Below, piece by piece: positions 51,195 to 60,200 of a DNA stretch of 64,000 nucleotides. This DNA comes from Planctomycetota bacterium. Its GTDB lineage: Bacteria > Planctomycetota > SZUA-567 > H5-PLA8. Under the pieces are notes generated by a model. That model saw only the letters and a program-made list of their open reading frames with translations. It was not told the DNA's origin and made no database searches. The stretch is from assembly GCA_016200135.1 (NCBI GenBank), contig JACQFI010000030.1, positions 8,656 through 72,655 of the forward strand, in the 5' to 3' direction. The position numbers and the translations under genes are program-made. The first letter of the stretch is position 1. Every line of letters starts with the position of its first letter.

Positions 51195-51311
51195 AGGCGA
51201 TTATTCCTTGTTATTATATCTTTATCCATGTCGGATCCACTATAGTCCTGCGACGCAGAAAAAGGAAGATGAAAAAGGGCGCGGGATAGCTCGAGGCCCG
51301 GACGCAGCGCT

Positions 51312-51731
51312 TCAGTCCACTGCGCCGCCCTCGGCGGCCCGGCGCTCGCGGGGGGCACGCTGCGGGAGCGCCCGGTCGCAGAGTTCGAGGATGGCGGCGG
51401 CGAGGTCTTCGAGGCGGAAGGGTTTGGTGAGCATCAGGCTGCCGAACTCGGTGCGGCCCTGCGGGCCCGTCAGCGGACCGGTGAAGATAAAGCGCCGGCG
51501 CAGGGCCGGGTCGATCTTCACGGCTTCGCGGAAGACGGCCTGGGCGTCCATGCCGGGCAGGTGCGCGTCGATCAGCACGACATCGACATGCGTCGTCCGC
51601 AAGACCTTCAGCACGTCCTGCCCTGTGGCGACCGGGATCGCGGCCAGATCGAGTTCGGCCAAGTAATCTCGCAAAAGGTCGCGAATGGCCGGCTCCTCGT
51701 CCGCTACCAGCACGACGAGGGATGTATTCAT
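51312..51731 (-). CDS. stand-alone response regulator receiver domain protein
   Basis: VLVADEEPAIRDLL, VDVVLIDAHLPGMD (phospho-acceptor Asp region), and FTGP in place of the K-P motif region. 139 aa with no output domain. Confidence 0.8.
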   Translation of the reverse strand: MNTSLVVLVADEEPAIRDLLRDYLAELDLAAIPVATGQDVLKVLRTTHVDVVLIDAHLPGMDAQAVFREAVKIDPALRRRFIFTGPLTGPQGRTEFGSLMLTKPFRLEDLAAAILELCDRALPQRAPRERRAAEGGAVD

Positions 51732-52096
51732 GAGGGGCCGCCTAGGGTTGCTTTCAATTAGAACGAGCCAGCCCGTTCGTAGTCCGTTTGGTTGGTAAAA
51801 AGCAGCCAGAGTATATAAGGCTTAGGTTCCTTTTCGTCAATCCTTTGATGGGCCGCACCGCTGTAAAATTAGCCTTTACGCAATGTGCTTGTCCCAAAAA
51901 CGATGACGCAAATTGGGACACGGAGTATCTTCAGTGGCGATCACAGCTCCAGTAGGATTATTTTTTCATTTGCTAAGACATGCACCAAACGATATTTATA
52001 TGTACGCGCAGCGAAGATTTCTACGGTCTTGGGACGAGCAATACGTGCGGCCTATCCTTTGCGGTGGTAAGATATTAGAATTGGGGGAGTTGCAGT

Positions 52097-52279
52097 ATGG
52101 CGACCGCCTTTAAAAACCAACTTCGGCAGCTTCGCGAGAAAGCCGGCTTAACCCAATCTCAATTGGCGAAGATCCTGGGCTGTTCGCCGCCGCGGATTTC
52201 CGAATGGGAACGCGGCGTCCGCACGCCTAAGCCCCTCACGCAGGAAGCCATCGTCGCCAAGCTCAAAAAGCACGCCTAA
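52097..52279 (+). CDS. XRE-family helix-turn-helix protein (60 aa)
   Basis: LRQLREKAGLTQSQLAKILGCSPPRISEWERGVRTP is a canonical Cro/C1-type HTH. GGGGGAG lies upstream of the ATG. Sits in an AT-richer patch. Confidence 0.7.
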   Translation: MATAFKNQLRQLREKAGLTQSQLAKILGCSPPRISEWERGVRTPKPLTQEAIVAKLKKHA

Positions 52280-52349
52280 GCCATCACACGCAATGCGTTA
52301 GTTGTGCGCTTTCGCCCAACCACCTGGTTGGTGCATAGCGCGCCCATGG

Positions 52350-53918
52350 CTACTTGGCTTCCGTCGCCGTGGCTTCGGGCGCTTCCACGAAGGCCCCGCG
52401 CTTGCGCTCGAATTCGGGCAGCACCACCTTGCGGGTCTGATCGGCGCTGTCCTTGATCACATCGGAGAGGATGTTCAGTTCCTGGATGAGGAAGTCGAGG
52501 CGCTTGAGTTGCTCCGCGGAGGCCTTCTGCGGGGCGCCGGCCGGAGGCGCCATCCCGCGGCGGATCGCCTGGAGTTCCGTGTTCAGTTCGCGGAAGCGCT
52601 TGGTGGCCTCTTCCAGCTTGCGGGCCGTATCGAGCGGCTTCTCGAAGGCCGTCTCGCCGGCGGGCTTGTTGATGATCAGCCAGGGCTTGCGTTTGATCAG
52701 GTCCGTCGCTTCCTTGAAGTTCTCCGCGCCCATGCGGAAGGCCAGGATTAGCCGGCGCAGATCGGGGTAGCTCTCCTGCAGCAGGCGGTCGCCGGTGGCG
52801 AGGACCCCGTCGAGCTTGTCGGCGCTGAGCCTCAGGCGCGCGGCGAGGTCCTTCGCGTTCTTGACCAGCAGCGGGAAGTCGTCCTTGCTGTGCCCGGTGA
52901 TGTAATGGACATCCTCCAGGATCGGCTTCACCTGCCCCTTTACGTCCACCACGGCCTGGCGCGCTTCGTCGGCAAGGTCCCCCAGGCGTTTCTGCAGGTC
53001 TTTCACCGATTCATCGGCGGTCGTGAGGGTCTTCGAGATCTGGGGCTGGAGCGTGGAGACGGTCTCGCCGATGGTGTCCAGATCCTTCTTGGCGCTGTCG
53101 GCGAGCACGTCGATCTTGTCCCAGGTCGCGGGCAGGCGCTTGTCGGCCACGTTGACCACGTTCTCAATGCGCTCCGTGATTGTGTCGAAGCGCCGCAGCG
53201 CCTTGCGCACGCTCTCGCGTTCCTGTGCGCCCACCACGTCGCTCACCGAAGCCAGGATCTCCTTCACCTGCTCGATCGACTTGCCGAGGTTGGTGAAGAA
53301 GTCGCCCGAGATCCCCAGGATGAGGCGGTCCTGGTTGGGATCCACGGCCGCGCCGTTGCCGGAGGCGATCTCCACGGACGTATCGCCCAGCAGCGTGGTG
53401 CTGATGCGCACCTGGTCGTCCACCCGGTAGCGCTTCGCGCCTTCGTCCTTGCCGCGCGGATTGAGCACCTCCAGGGTGAGTTCGATCATGGTGCGGTCGG
53501 CGAGTTTCTCGCGGACGGCCTGCTGGAACTCTTCTTCCTTCTTCTGGCGCATGACGTCGTCCACCAGCGAGGTGGTGACGACCTTCTTGCGCAGTTCGAT
53601 CTTCTCGCTCTCGGTCAGGGGCAGGTTGTCGAGGTCCCGCAGCGTGAACGGGCCGGGCAGGCGCGCGGTGTTCTTGTCGTTCAGGTTGAGGATCTCGATG
53701 GTCCGCACCCGCCCCACTTCCACGCCGTTGAAGCGCACGGGCGCATCGGGGCGCAGGGAGGTCACCGAGGTGAAGACCACCTTGAGTTCCTGGCGCCCGC
53801 GCCAGACACGCGCGGCCTTGCCGTACACGAAGAGCATCGCGACGAACAACGCCAGGCAGAAGGTGAGGAACACCCCCGCTTTGACTTCCGCCGACGTATA
53901 GCCCTGTCCCTTGGCCAC
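52350..53918 (-). CDS. MlaD/MCE-domain protein with long C-terminal helical extension (paralog 3)
   Basis: N-terminal TM helix (VKAGVFLTFCLALFVAMLFVYG). MCE domain (VVFTSVTSLRPDAPVRFNGVEVGRVRTIEI). About 350-aa helix-rich tail. Confidence 0.85.
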   Translation of the reverse strand: MAKGQGYTSAEVKAGVFLTFCLALFVAMLFVYGKAARVWRGRQELKVVFTSVTSLRPDAPVRFNGVEVGRVRTIEILNLNDKNTARLPGPFTLRDLDNLPLTESEKIELRKKVVTTSLVDDVMRQKKEEEFQQAVREKLADRTMIELTLEVLNPRGKDEGAKRYRVDDQVRISTTLLGDTSVEIASGNGAAVDPNQDRLILGISGDFFTNLGKSIEQVKEILASVSDVVGAQERESVRKALRRFDTITERIENVVNVADKRLPATWDKIDVLADSAKKDLDTIGETVSTLQPQISKTLTTADESVKDLQKRLGDLADEARQAVVDVKGQVKPILEDVHYITGHSKDDFPLLVKNAKDLAARLRLSADKLDGVLATGDRLLQESYPDLRRLILAFRMGAENFKEATDLIKRKPWLIINKPAGETAFEKPLDTARKLEEATKRFRELNTELQAIRRGMAPPAGAPQKASAEQLKRLDFLIQELNILSDVIKDSADQTRKVVLPEFERKRGAFVEAPEATATEAK

Positions 53919-54051
53919 GTTTCGTTCCTCCGCATCGGTGCACCGCCTTGCGGCCGGGGCGCCGGGTTTACCCTTTTCTTTTTAAGCGCTTCAGGGCATT
54001 CGCCCCGTGCGCCGGTCCGGAGCGTTCGCTCCGCCTTCGGCATCCCTTCCG

Positions 54052-55587
54052 CTAACGTTTCGGATAGACCGCGCGCCCGCCCAGCTTGCGCGGGAACGGC
54101 CCGGTCGTACCTTCGTGCGCATCGCCGACAAACGGCGAGCGCATCGAGGCCTCCGCCGCGTCGCGCATGACGTCCAGCGCAGCCTGCAGCGCGCGGAGCT
54201 TCAGAGCCAGCGCGTCGATGTCCTGCCGCGTCACGGGCTGGCCCGCTTCCACGGGGTTGTGCACGAACGCGCGCAGATCCTGCAGTTCTTCGAGCGACTC
54301 CCGCGGGCCGCGCGCGCTCCGTTCCAGGCTCGAGACCGTCTCCTGGACCGTGTAGTACTCGTGTTCGCCCTTGTCCTTCTTCCCAATGATCTCGCCGATC
54401 TTCTCGCGGATGTACTTCAGCTCGGGGCCGGTGAGGTTCTTCACGCCGGCCTTGAAGGACTCGGTGATGCGCGGCAGTTCGGGCAGGCTGCGTTCGGCCG
54501 CGCGGCCGGCGTAGTAGTACATCGAGTCGAGGTGTCCGGCGAGGCCGTCAACCCGTTCCGAGAGCGCGTGCAGGTTCGTCTGCATCTCCAGGAAATGGGG
54601 CATGCTCTGGTCCTGCGCTTCCTTCAAGTCCTTGAAGATATCCTTTGCCTGCGCCTTGAGCTCGGTTTCCGCCTTGTCGGCTTCGTCGGCGACCTCGGCG
54701 AAGCGCTTGGCCAGGTCCTCCTTGGCCGCGTCCAGGCGGCCGAAGAAGCGCGAGTTGTCCGGCTGCATCGCGCCGAAGAGCTTGTTGAAGGCGTCCATCC
54801 CCTTGGTGGTGGACTCGTCGAACGAGTCGAGTTTCTTCGAGGTCGCGTCCGCGCGCTTGGCGGCCACTTCGCCCGCGTGCGTGATCGCGTCCAGGATCGG
54901 CGTCAGCCGTCCCGCCGCGCGCTTGAAGCTCACGCGCTCCTCCGCGCCCACCACGTCGGTGACCGTCGAGAGCACGTCCTTGACCTGGTCCATGCTGCGC
55001 GCCAGGTTGGCGAAGAAATCGCCCGAGTGGCCGACCAGATAGACCTCATCGCCCGCCTCCAGCGGCCGCCCGCTTCCCGAGACGATCTCCAGGTTCGCGT
55101 CGCCCATGATCGTCGCACTGATCCGGACCAGATCGTCCACGCGGTAGCGGCGGAACTGGCCTTCCTGCAACACTTCCAGCGTCAGCAGGATCATCGTGCG
55201 GTCGACCAGGGCCTCGCGCACCTTCGCATCGAATTCGTAGTCCGGAACCAGGCGCAGCTTCTTGCGCTGGATCTCGCCCAGCGGGAGGAAATCGAGGTCG
55301 TGCTTTGTGATGGGTGAGAGCAGCGCCACGGACGCCTTGTCGAGGTGAATGATGCGCATCGACTTCACGCGGCCGACATCCACGCCGTTGTAGAGCACCG
55401 CCGCGTCGGGCTTGAGCGCCGCGACGGAACTGAAGACCGCGCGGATCTCCTGCCGCTCGCGCCACATCCGCGGAATCTTGCCGTAGAGCATCAGCATGCC
55501 GACAAAGAGTGCCAGACAGAAGGCCAGGAAGAGCCCCGCCTTCACCTCCACGCTCGAATAGTCGCGACGCGCCATATCCTTGCTCAC
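54052..55587 (-). CDS. MlaD/MCE-domain protein with long C-terminal helical extension (paralog 2)
   Basis: VKAGLFLAFCLALFVGMLMLYG, then AVFSSVAALKPDAAVLYNGVDVGRVKSMRI, then a helical tail. Confidence 0.85.
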   Translation of the reverse strand: MSKDMARRDYSSVEVKAGLFLAFCLALFVGMLMLYGKIPRMWRERQEIRAVFSSVAALKPDAAVLYNGVDVGRVKSMRIIHLDKASVALLSPITKHDLDFLPLGEIQRKKLRLVPDYEFDAKVREALVDRTMILLTLEVLQEGQFRRYRVDDLVRISATIMGDANLEIVSGSGRPLEAGDEVYLVGHSGDFFANLARSMDQVKDVLSTVTDVVGAEERVSFKRAAGRLTPILDAITHAGEVAAKRADATSKKLDSFDESTTKGMDAFNKLFGAMQPDNSRFFGRLDAAKEDLAKRFAEVADEADKAETELKAQAKDIFKDLKEAQDQSMPHFLEMQTNLHALSERVDGLAGHLDSMYYYAGRAAERSLPELPRITESFKAGVKNLTGPELKYIREKIGEIIGKKDKGEHEYYTVQETVSSLERSARGPRESLEELQDLRAFVHNPVEAGQPVTRQDIDALALKLRALQAALDVMRDAAEASMRSPFVGDAHEGTTGPFPRKLGGRAVYPKR

Positions 55588-55656
55588 AGCTCCTGGCTCT
55601 CAGCTCTTGGCTTTCGCGCTCCTGCTTCCAGGAGCCAAGAGCCGCGAGCCACTCGT

Positions 55657-57075
55657 CTACTTCTTCGGGGCCGCCGGCGGCGGAGCCGCGCCGACGATCC
55701 CGAGGAAGACGTCCATCTCCTGCATAATCTGCGCCACCCGCGCGAGCCGCGCCTGGTCGGACGCATCGTTCGATTGCACGCTCGACCGGATCCGCTCGAG
55801 GTCTTCGCGGACGGCCTTGTAGTGCCGCGCCAGGAGCGCCTTGCGCCATTGCGCGTCCAGGCTCATGCCTTCCTGAGGGTCGATGTTGGCGGTCACCGTC
55901 CAGGGGTAGTTCGCGAGGTACCAGGTCTTCTCTTCCAGATTGTCGGCGGTGCCGCGCATGCCCTGAAGGGAGTTGCGCACGCTCTGCACGCCTTCCTTCA
56001 GGTAGCGGTCGGACTCCGTCATCCAGCTCTCGATCATCACCACGCGCCCGTAAATGTTCTCCGTCCATTCGCGGGCGTCGCGGATCGCGAGCGGCAGCTT
56101 GTCCTTGTACTCCTTGACGAGCGGCGCCACCGCGCCCAGTTCGTCGCTCGCGCGCTTGTGGATGGTCTTGACCTGAGTGGAGGCTTCCTCCGACATCGTT
56201 TTCACCTGGGCGCGCATGTCGTGAAGAGATTTCTCGGCGCCTTCGAGCGCCTTGAGCAGTTCCGGCTTCATGCCCGAGATCGCTTTCTCCATGGCGTGCA
56301 CGCGCTCGCCGCCGTCGCTCAGGCGCTTGTCCAGGCCGTCCCACACGGAGGGCAGGTTCTTTTCCAGGTTCATGCCCAGCAGGTCCACGCGCTCGGTGAA
56401 CGCGTCGAAGTTGCCCAGCTTCTGGGCCATGGGCACGTCGCCGCCGCCCACCATCTCGCTCATGGAGCCCACGATGTCCTTCACCTGCGAGAGGCTCTTG
56501 GCAAGATCCGAGTACATATCGCCGGACGCGCCGATCTGGATGCGCCCACTGTCCGGCGGAATCGCTTCGCCGCTACCCGAGAGGATCTCGACCACGGCCT
56601 CGCCCATCAGGCTGGTCGAGATGCGGATGTAATCGTCTTCGCGGTAGCGTTTGGCGTCGCCTTCGTAGAGCACTTCGAGCTCCAGCGCGACCACCGTGCG
56701 CCCCAGGATGCGTTTGCGGATCTCCTCGTCGAGCCGCTCGGCGGAGACGCCGCGCAGATCCTCGCGTTCTTCTTCGGTGAGCGGCAGCTTTTCCAGGTCG
56801 CGTTCGGCCAGCTTGGGGAAATTGGCCAGCATCTCTTCGTTGATTTGGGTGATCCGTTCGCTCTTGATGCGCCCGACTTCCAACCCGTTGTAATGCACGC
56901 GGCTGTCCTGCCGCACGTTCGCCACCTGCGTGAAGAGCACATGCAGCGCGCGCTGTCCGCGCCAGGAACGGTTCACTTTGCCGTAGACGAAAAGCATGGC
57001 GATGAACAGGCCGATGCAGAAGGTCAGAAAGACCCCTGCCTTGACCTCCGCGTTGCTGAACCGCGCGTTCGCCAT
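55657..57075 (-). CDS. MlaD/MCE-domain protein with long C-terminal helical extension (paralog 1)
   Basis: VKAGVFLTFCIGLFIAMLFVYG, then VLFTQVANVRQDSRVHYNGLEVGRIKSERI, then a helical tail. Confidence 0.85.
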   Translation of the reverse strand: MANARFSNAEVKAGVFLTFCIGLFIAMLFVYGKVNRSWRGQRALHVLFTQVANVRQDSRVHYNGLEVGRIKSERITQINEEMLANFPKLAERDLEKLPLTEEEREDLRGVSAERLDEEIRKRILGRTVVALELEVLYEGDAKRYREDDYIRISTSLMGEAVVEILSGSGEAIPPDSGRIQIGASGDMYSDLAKSLSQVKDIVGSMSEMVGGGDVPMAQKLGNFDAFTERVDLLGMNLEKNLPSVWDGLDKRLSDGGERVHAMEKAISGMKPELLKALEGAEKSLHDMRAQVKTMSEEASTQVKTIHKRASDELGAVAPLVKEYKDKLPLAIRDAREWTENIYGRVVMIESWMTESDRYLKEGVQSVRNSLQGMRGTADNLEEKTWYLANYPWTVTANIDPQEGMSLDAQWRKALLARHYKAVREDLERIRSSVQSNDASDQARLARVAQIMQEMDVFLGIVGAAPPPAAPKK

Positions 57076-57177
57076 CCTTAACTCCAGTTCTGAGTGCTAA
57101 GTCCTTAGTGCTCAGTTTTGCCTGCCAAAACCTTCTACCATTACGCAGCTCTTAGCACTCCATACCCAGCACTCGCA

Positions 57178-58077
57178 CTACCCGCCCGGACCTTTGTCCA
57201 GCGCGCTCTTCGGATAGATCGCCGTCTTGGCCTCGATCGGACCCTGGATGAAGCGGCGCACGAACGGGTCCGGATGGCCCTTGATCTCATGCGGCATGCC
57301 TTCGGCGACCACGCGGCCCTCGTTGAGCACCACCATGCGGTCGGCGACGCGGAAGGCGCTCTTCAGGTCGTGCGTGACGACGATCGAGGTCACGTTCATC
57401 GTGCGGGCCAGGTCCATGATCAGACCGTCGATGATGCCGGTCATGATCGGGTCGAGGCCGGAGGTCGGCTCGTCGTAAAAGAGCAGTTCCGGGTCGAGCG
57501 CGATGGCGCGCGCGAGCCCCGCGCGCTTGGCCATGCCGCCGGAGATCTGCGAGGGCAGCAGGTCCTCGGCCTCGCGCAGGCCCACGAGTTCGAGCTTCAC
57601 CTTCACCATCAGGTCGATCATGTCCTGGCTGAGGTCGGTGTGTTCCTTGAGCGGCAGCGCGACGTTCTCGCCCACGGTCATGGAACTGAAGAGCGCGCCG
57701 CTTTGGAAGAGCGTCCCGAAGCGCTTGCGCACTGCGTCCATCTCCGGCGGCATCAGCGACCACATGTCCTGACCGAAGAGCCGCACCGAGCCTTCGTCGG
57801 GCGGATGCGCGCCCAGCAGGCAGCGCAGCAGCGTCGATTTGCCGCAGCCCGAGGCGCCCATGATTACGAGCGTCTCGCCGCGCCGCACGGTGAGGTTGAT
57901 GCCGTTGAGCACGGTCTTCTCGCCGAAGCGCTTGATCAGGTTCTCGGTCTGCACGACCACCTGCGCGTTGGTCGCTGGCAGGTACGCGGTATGCGCGGGA
58001 TCGTAACTCGGCGGCAGCGCGGGTGCGCCCGGCCGCGGCGGCGAGTGTCCGGCTACGTTCTGCGGGTCGTCGCTCAT
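57178..58077 (-). CDS. mlaF: MlaF-type ABC transporter ATP-binding protein
   Basis: Walker A GASGCGKST, signature ISGGMAKRAGLARA, Walker B LLFYDEPTSGLD. ~35-aa Pro-rich N-terminal extension. The ATG overlaps the mlaE stop (ATGA). Confidence 0.9.
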   Translation of the reverse strand: MSDDPQNVAGHSPPRPGAPALPPSYDPAHTAYLPATNAQVVVQTENLIKRFGEKTVLNGINLTVRRGETLVIMGASGCGKSTLLRCLLGAHPPDEGSVRLFGQDMWSLMPPEMDAVRKRFGTLFQSGALFSSMTVGENVALPLKEHTDLSQDMIDLMVKVKLELVGLREAEDLLPSQISGGMAKRAGLARAIALDPELLFYDEPTSGLDPIMTGIIDGLIMDLARTMNVTSIVVTHDLKSAFRVADRMVVLNEGRVVAEGMPHEIKGHPDPFVRRFIQGPIEAKTAIYPKSALDKGPGG

Positions 58078-58865
58078 GGGCCCGCCAGCGTCCAGTTGAA
58101 GAGAATCGCAAAACAGAGGTTCGCGAAGATGATCAGGCAGATCGAGATCACGACGGCGCTGGTGGTCGCCCGGCCCACGCCCAGCGCGCCGCCTTCGGCT
58201 TTAAAGCCCTGCCGGCAGGCCACGAGCGTGACGATCATCCCGAACGCGAACGCCTTGACCAGTCCCTTTGGGATGTCTAGCCATTTCACGGCGTCGTTGT
58301 TGGCTTCGATGTAGGTCGGGCTCCCGATGTCCAGCAGCACCGTGCCCACGATCCAGCCGCCGAGCATGCCCAGCACCATCGCGATCAGGGTCAGGCACAT
58401 CATCATCATGCACACGCCAATCATGCGCGGCAGCACCAGCAGCCGCACGGGCGAGAGCGCGCCGACCTGCAACGCGAGAATCTCTTCGTTTACCGTCATC
58501 GTCGCGATCTCCGCCGCGATCGCCGCGCCGGCAAAGCCCGACATCACGATCGCTGTCATCAGCGGGGCCAGTTCGCGTGTGACCGAGACGGCCACCACGC
58601 GCGAGGTCCAGTTGATCACGCCCAGCGTGCGCAGCATCTCCGACATCGAGACTGCCACGATCATACCGACGAAGAGGTTCACCAGCGCCACGATCGGGAT
58701 CGCGCGGATCCCGAAGCGGATCATCTGCACCGCGACCGAGTCGGGCCGCATGCGGAAGAGTTGGCCCGCCGTGCGCTGAGCCAGCAGGCCCATCTCGCCC
58801 ACTTCTTCGATCAGAAACATGGCCAGGCGGCCGAGCGAACCGAGCAGTTGGGAAACAAACACCAT
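58074..58865 (-). CDS. mlaE: MlaE-type ABC transporter permease
   Basis: 263 aa. MlaE-family motifs RELAPLMTAIVMSGFAGAAIAAEI and VNEEILAL. Confidence 0.9.
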   Translation of the reverse strand: MVFVSQLLGSLGRLAMFLIEEVGEMGLLAQRTAGQLFRMRPDSVAVQMIRFGIRAIPIVALVNLFVGMIVAVSMSEMLRTLGVINWTSRVVAVSVTRELAPLMTAIVMSGFAGAAIAAEIATMTVNEEILALQVGALSPVRLLVLPRMIGVCMMMMCLTLIAMVLGMLGGWIVGTVLLDIGSPTYIEANNDAVKWLDIPKGLVKAFAFGMIVTLVACRQGFKAEGGALGVGRATTSAVVISICLIIFANLCFAILFNWTLAGP

Positions 58866-59103
58866 CTATGCCGAACTCCGTTTCGATGAGCGGATCGGGA
58901 ATGTAGGCTTACAAAGCCCTAGATTTCTACGCGCAGTCCGCGCCGGAATCAAGGCTTAGAACCGCATGCCGCAACGGGTTGCGCCATTTCGGGCGCGCTC
59001 GCGATATGCAGACTCCATTTGAGTGCGGCTTCTTTCAAACCTTTGAACGCACGGGACTCGGCAACCTTTGCTCTGTTTACAGTTCCAGAGCCATAATTGG
59101 CAT

Positions 59104-59142
59104 AGAACAAAAATAGAGGGATGCGCTTTCGGCGCGTCCCTC
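59104..59142 (-). terminator. rho-independent terminator downstream of the second PhyH gene
   Basis: 11-bp stem (GAGGGATGCGC / GCGCGTCCCTC, one mismatch or wobble), 5-nt loop. On the minus strand it is followed by TATTTTTGTT. Confidence 0.75.
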
Positions 59143-59177
59143 GGATGCAGCAAAGGTTTTTCTGGCAACCAGTTACG

Positions 59178-59996
59178 TCACCCCCGCGCGGGCTCCAGGG
59201 CCTCGCGCCGGGCTTTGGCCGAGAGTTCCGGCAGGGCGGATTCGTGGGCGAGCACCTGTTCCAAGTGTTTCATCCGCTGAGGCGAGGCCGTCCGCTTCAT
59301 CAGGTCGGAGAACGATGAGTCGATCCAGAAGCGGCTGTGGCCTGCGACGTACGCTTCCAGATCGGCGATCTCTTCTGGCGTCCGCGCCCGCCGCCCGCAG
59401 TTCATCGTGAACATGCGCCGCCGTGCGCTGCCGCCGACCGACGAATGCATCAGGTTATGGTTGAAAAAGACGAGATCGCCCGGCGTGGACTCCAGCGCGA
59501 CGCATGGCACGTCCTTCTGCTCGATGCCCCAATGCTGTTTGCATCCGCCGGCCTTGCGCACACGCGTGCCTTCGAAAGCCTGCTTGCGATGCGTGCCCGG
59601 AATCACGCGCAGCGCGCCCGTATCGCGCGTGAGGGGATCGAGATAGAACGCGGCCTTGAGGTAGAGGCCGCGTTCATGTTCTCCGTCTGGATGCCAGCCC
59701 GTGTCGCCGGTGTAAAAGTTGCCGTCGCCCGCGAGGTAGTTGAAGTCGTCGCCAAGCAGATCGCAGAGGACCTGATGGATGCCCGGATGGTCGAGCAGCG
59801 TGCAGAGTTTTTCGCGCTGATCGATGAACGGCACGATACACGAGCGCTGGGTCCCCACATGCATGGTCTTTCGGTCGCGGAAGACCGCCTCGAATTCCTC
59901 GGTGATCCAGCCGATCTCATCCGCCAGAAACTGTTTCAGCACCAGGTACCCGAAGTCCTCGAAGAAGCGCTTCTGTCCGTCCGTGAGTACGCTCAT
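59178..59996 (-). CDS. phytanoyl-CoA dioxygenase (PhyH) family Fe(II)/2-oxoglutarate oxygenase
   Basis: Start at ATG 59996 (AGGAG upstream), MSVLTDGQKRFFEDFGYLVL. HxD in WHPDGEH, GALRVIPGTH, distal His in LMHSSVGG. Confidence 0.8.
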   Translation of the reverse strand: MSVLTDGQKRFFEDFGYLVLKQFLADEIGWITEEFEAVFRDRKTMHVGTQRSCIVPFIDQREKLCTLLDHPGIHQVLCDLLGDDFNYLAGDGNFYTGDTGWHPDGEHERGLYLKAAFYLDPLTRDTGALRVIPGTHRKQAFEGTRVRKAGGCKQHWGIEQKDVPCVALESTPGDLVFFNHNLMHSSVGGSARRRMFTMNCGRRARTPEEIADLEAYVAGHSRFWIDSSFSDLMKRTASPQRMKHLEQVLAHESALPELSAKARREALEPARG

Positions 59997-60200
59997 TGCC
60001 CGTGCTCCTTTTTGGAGGCATGTCGGAATCGGCCCTGCGCTACGCACCATGTCGAGTACAATCGTCGCGATACGGCTTTCGCACTCCACGTTTCAAGATA
60101 TACTAGGCATAGGAACTTTGGCGCCATAGCGCGGACGCCTCTTGGCATGTCGTAATCAACTGCATCGGTCTGTTTTACGCAAACCTACGAGGCGCATTGC

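Noticed and set aside
52890-57081. Plus-strand ORFs 52890..54170, 54007..55317 and 55345..57081
   Set aside because: They are antisense to the three MCE genes and show shadow-ORF composition (Arg/Ala/His/Val/Asp/Leu).
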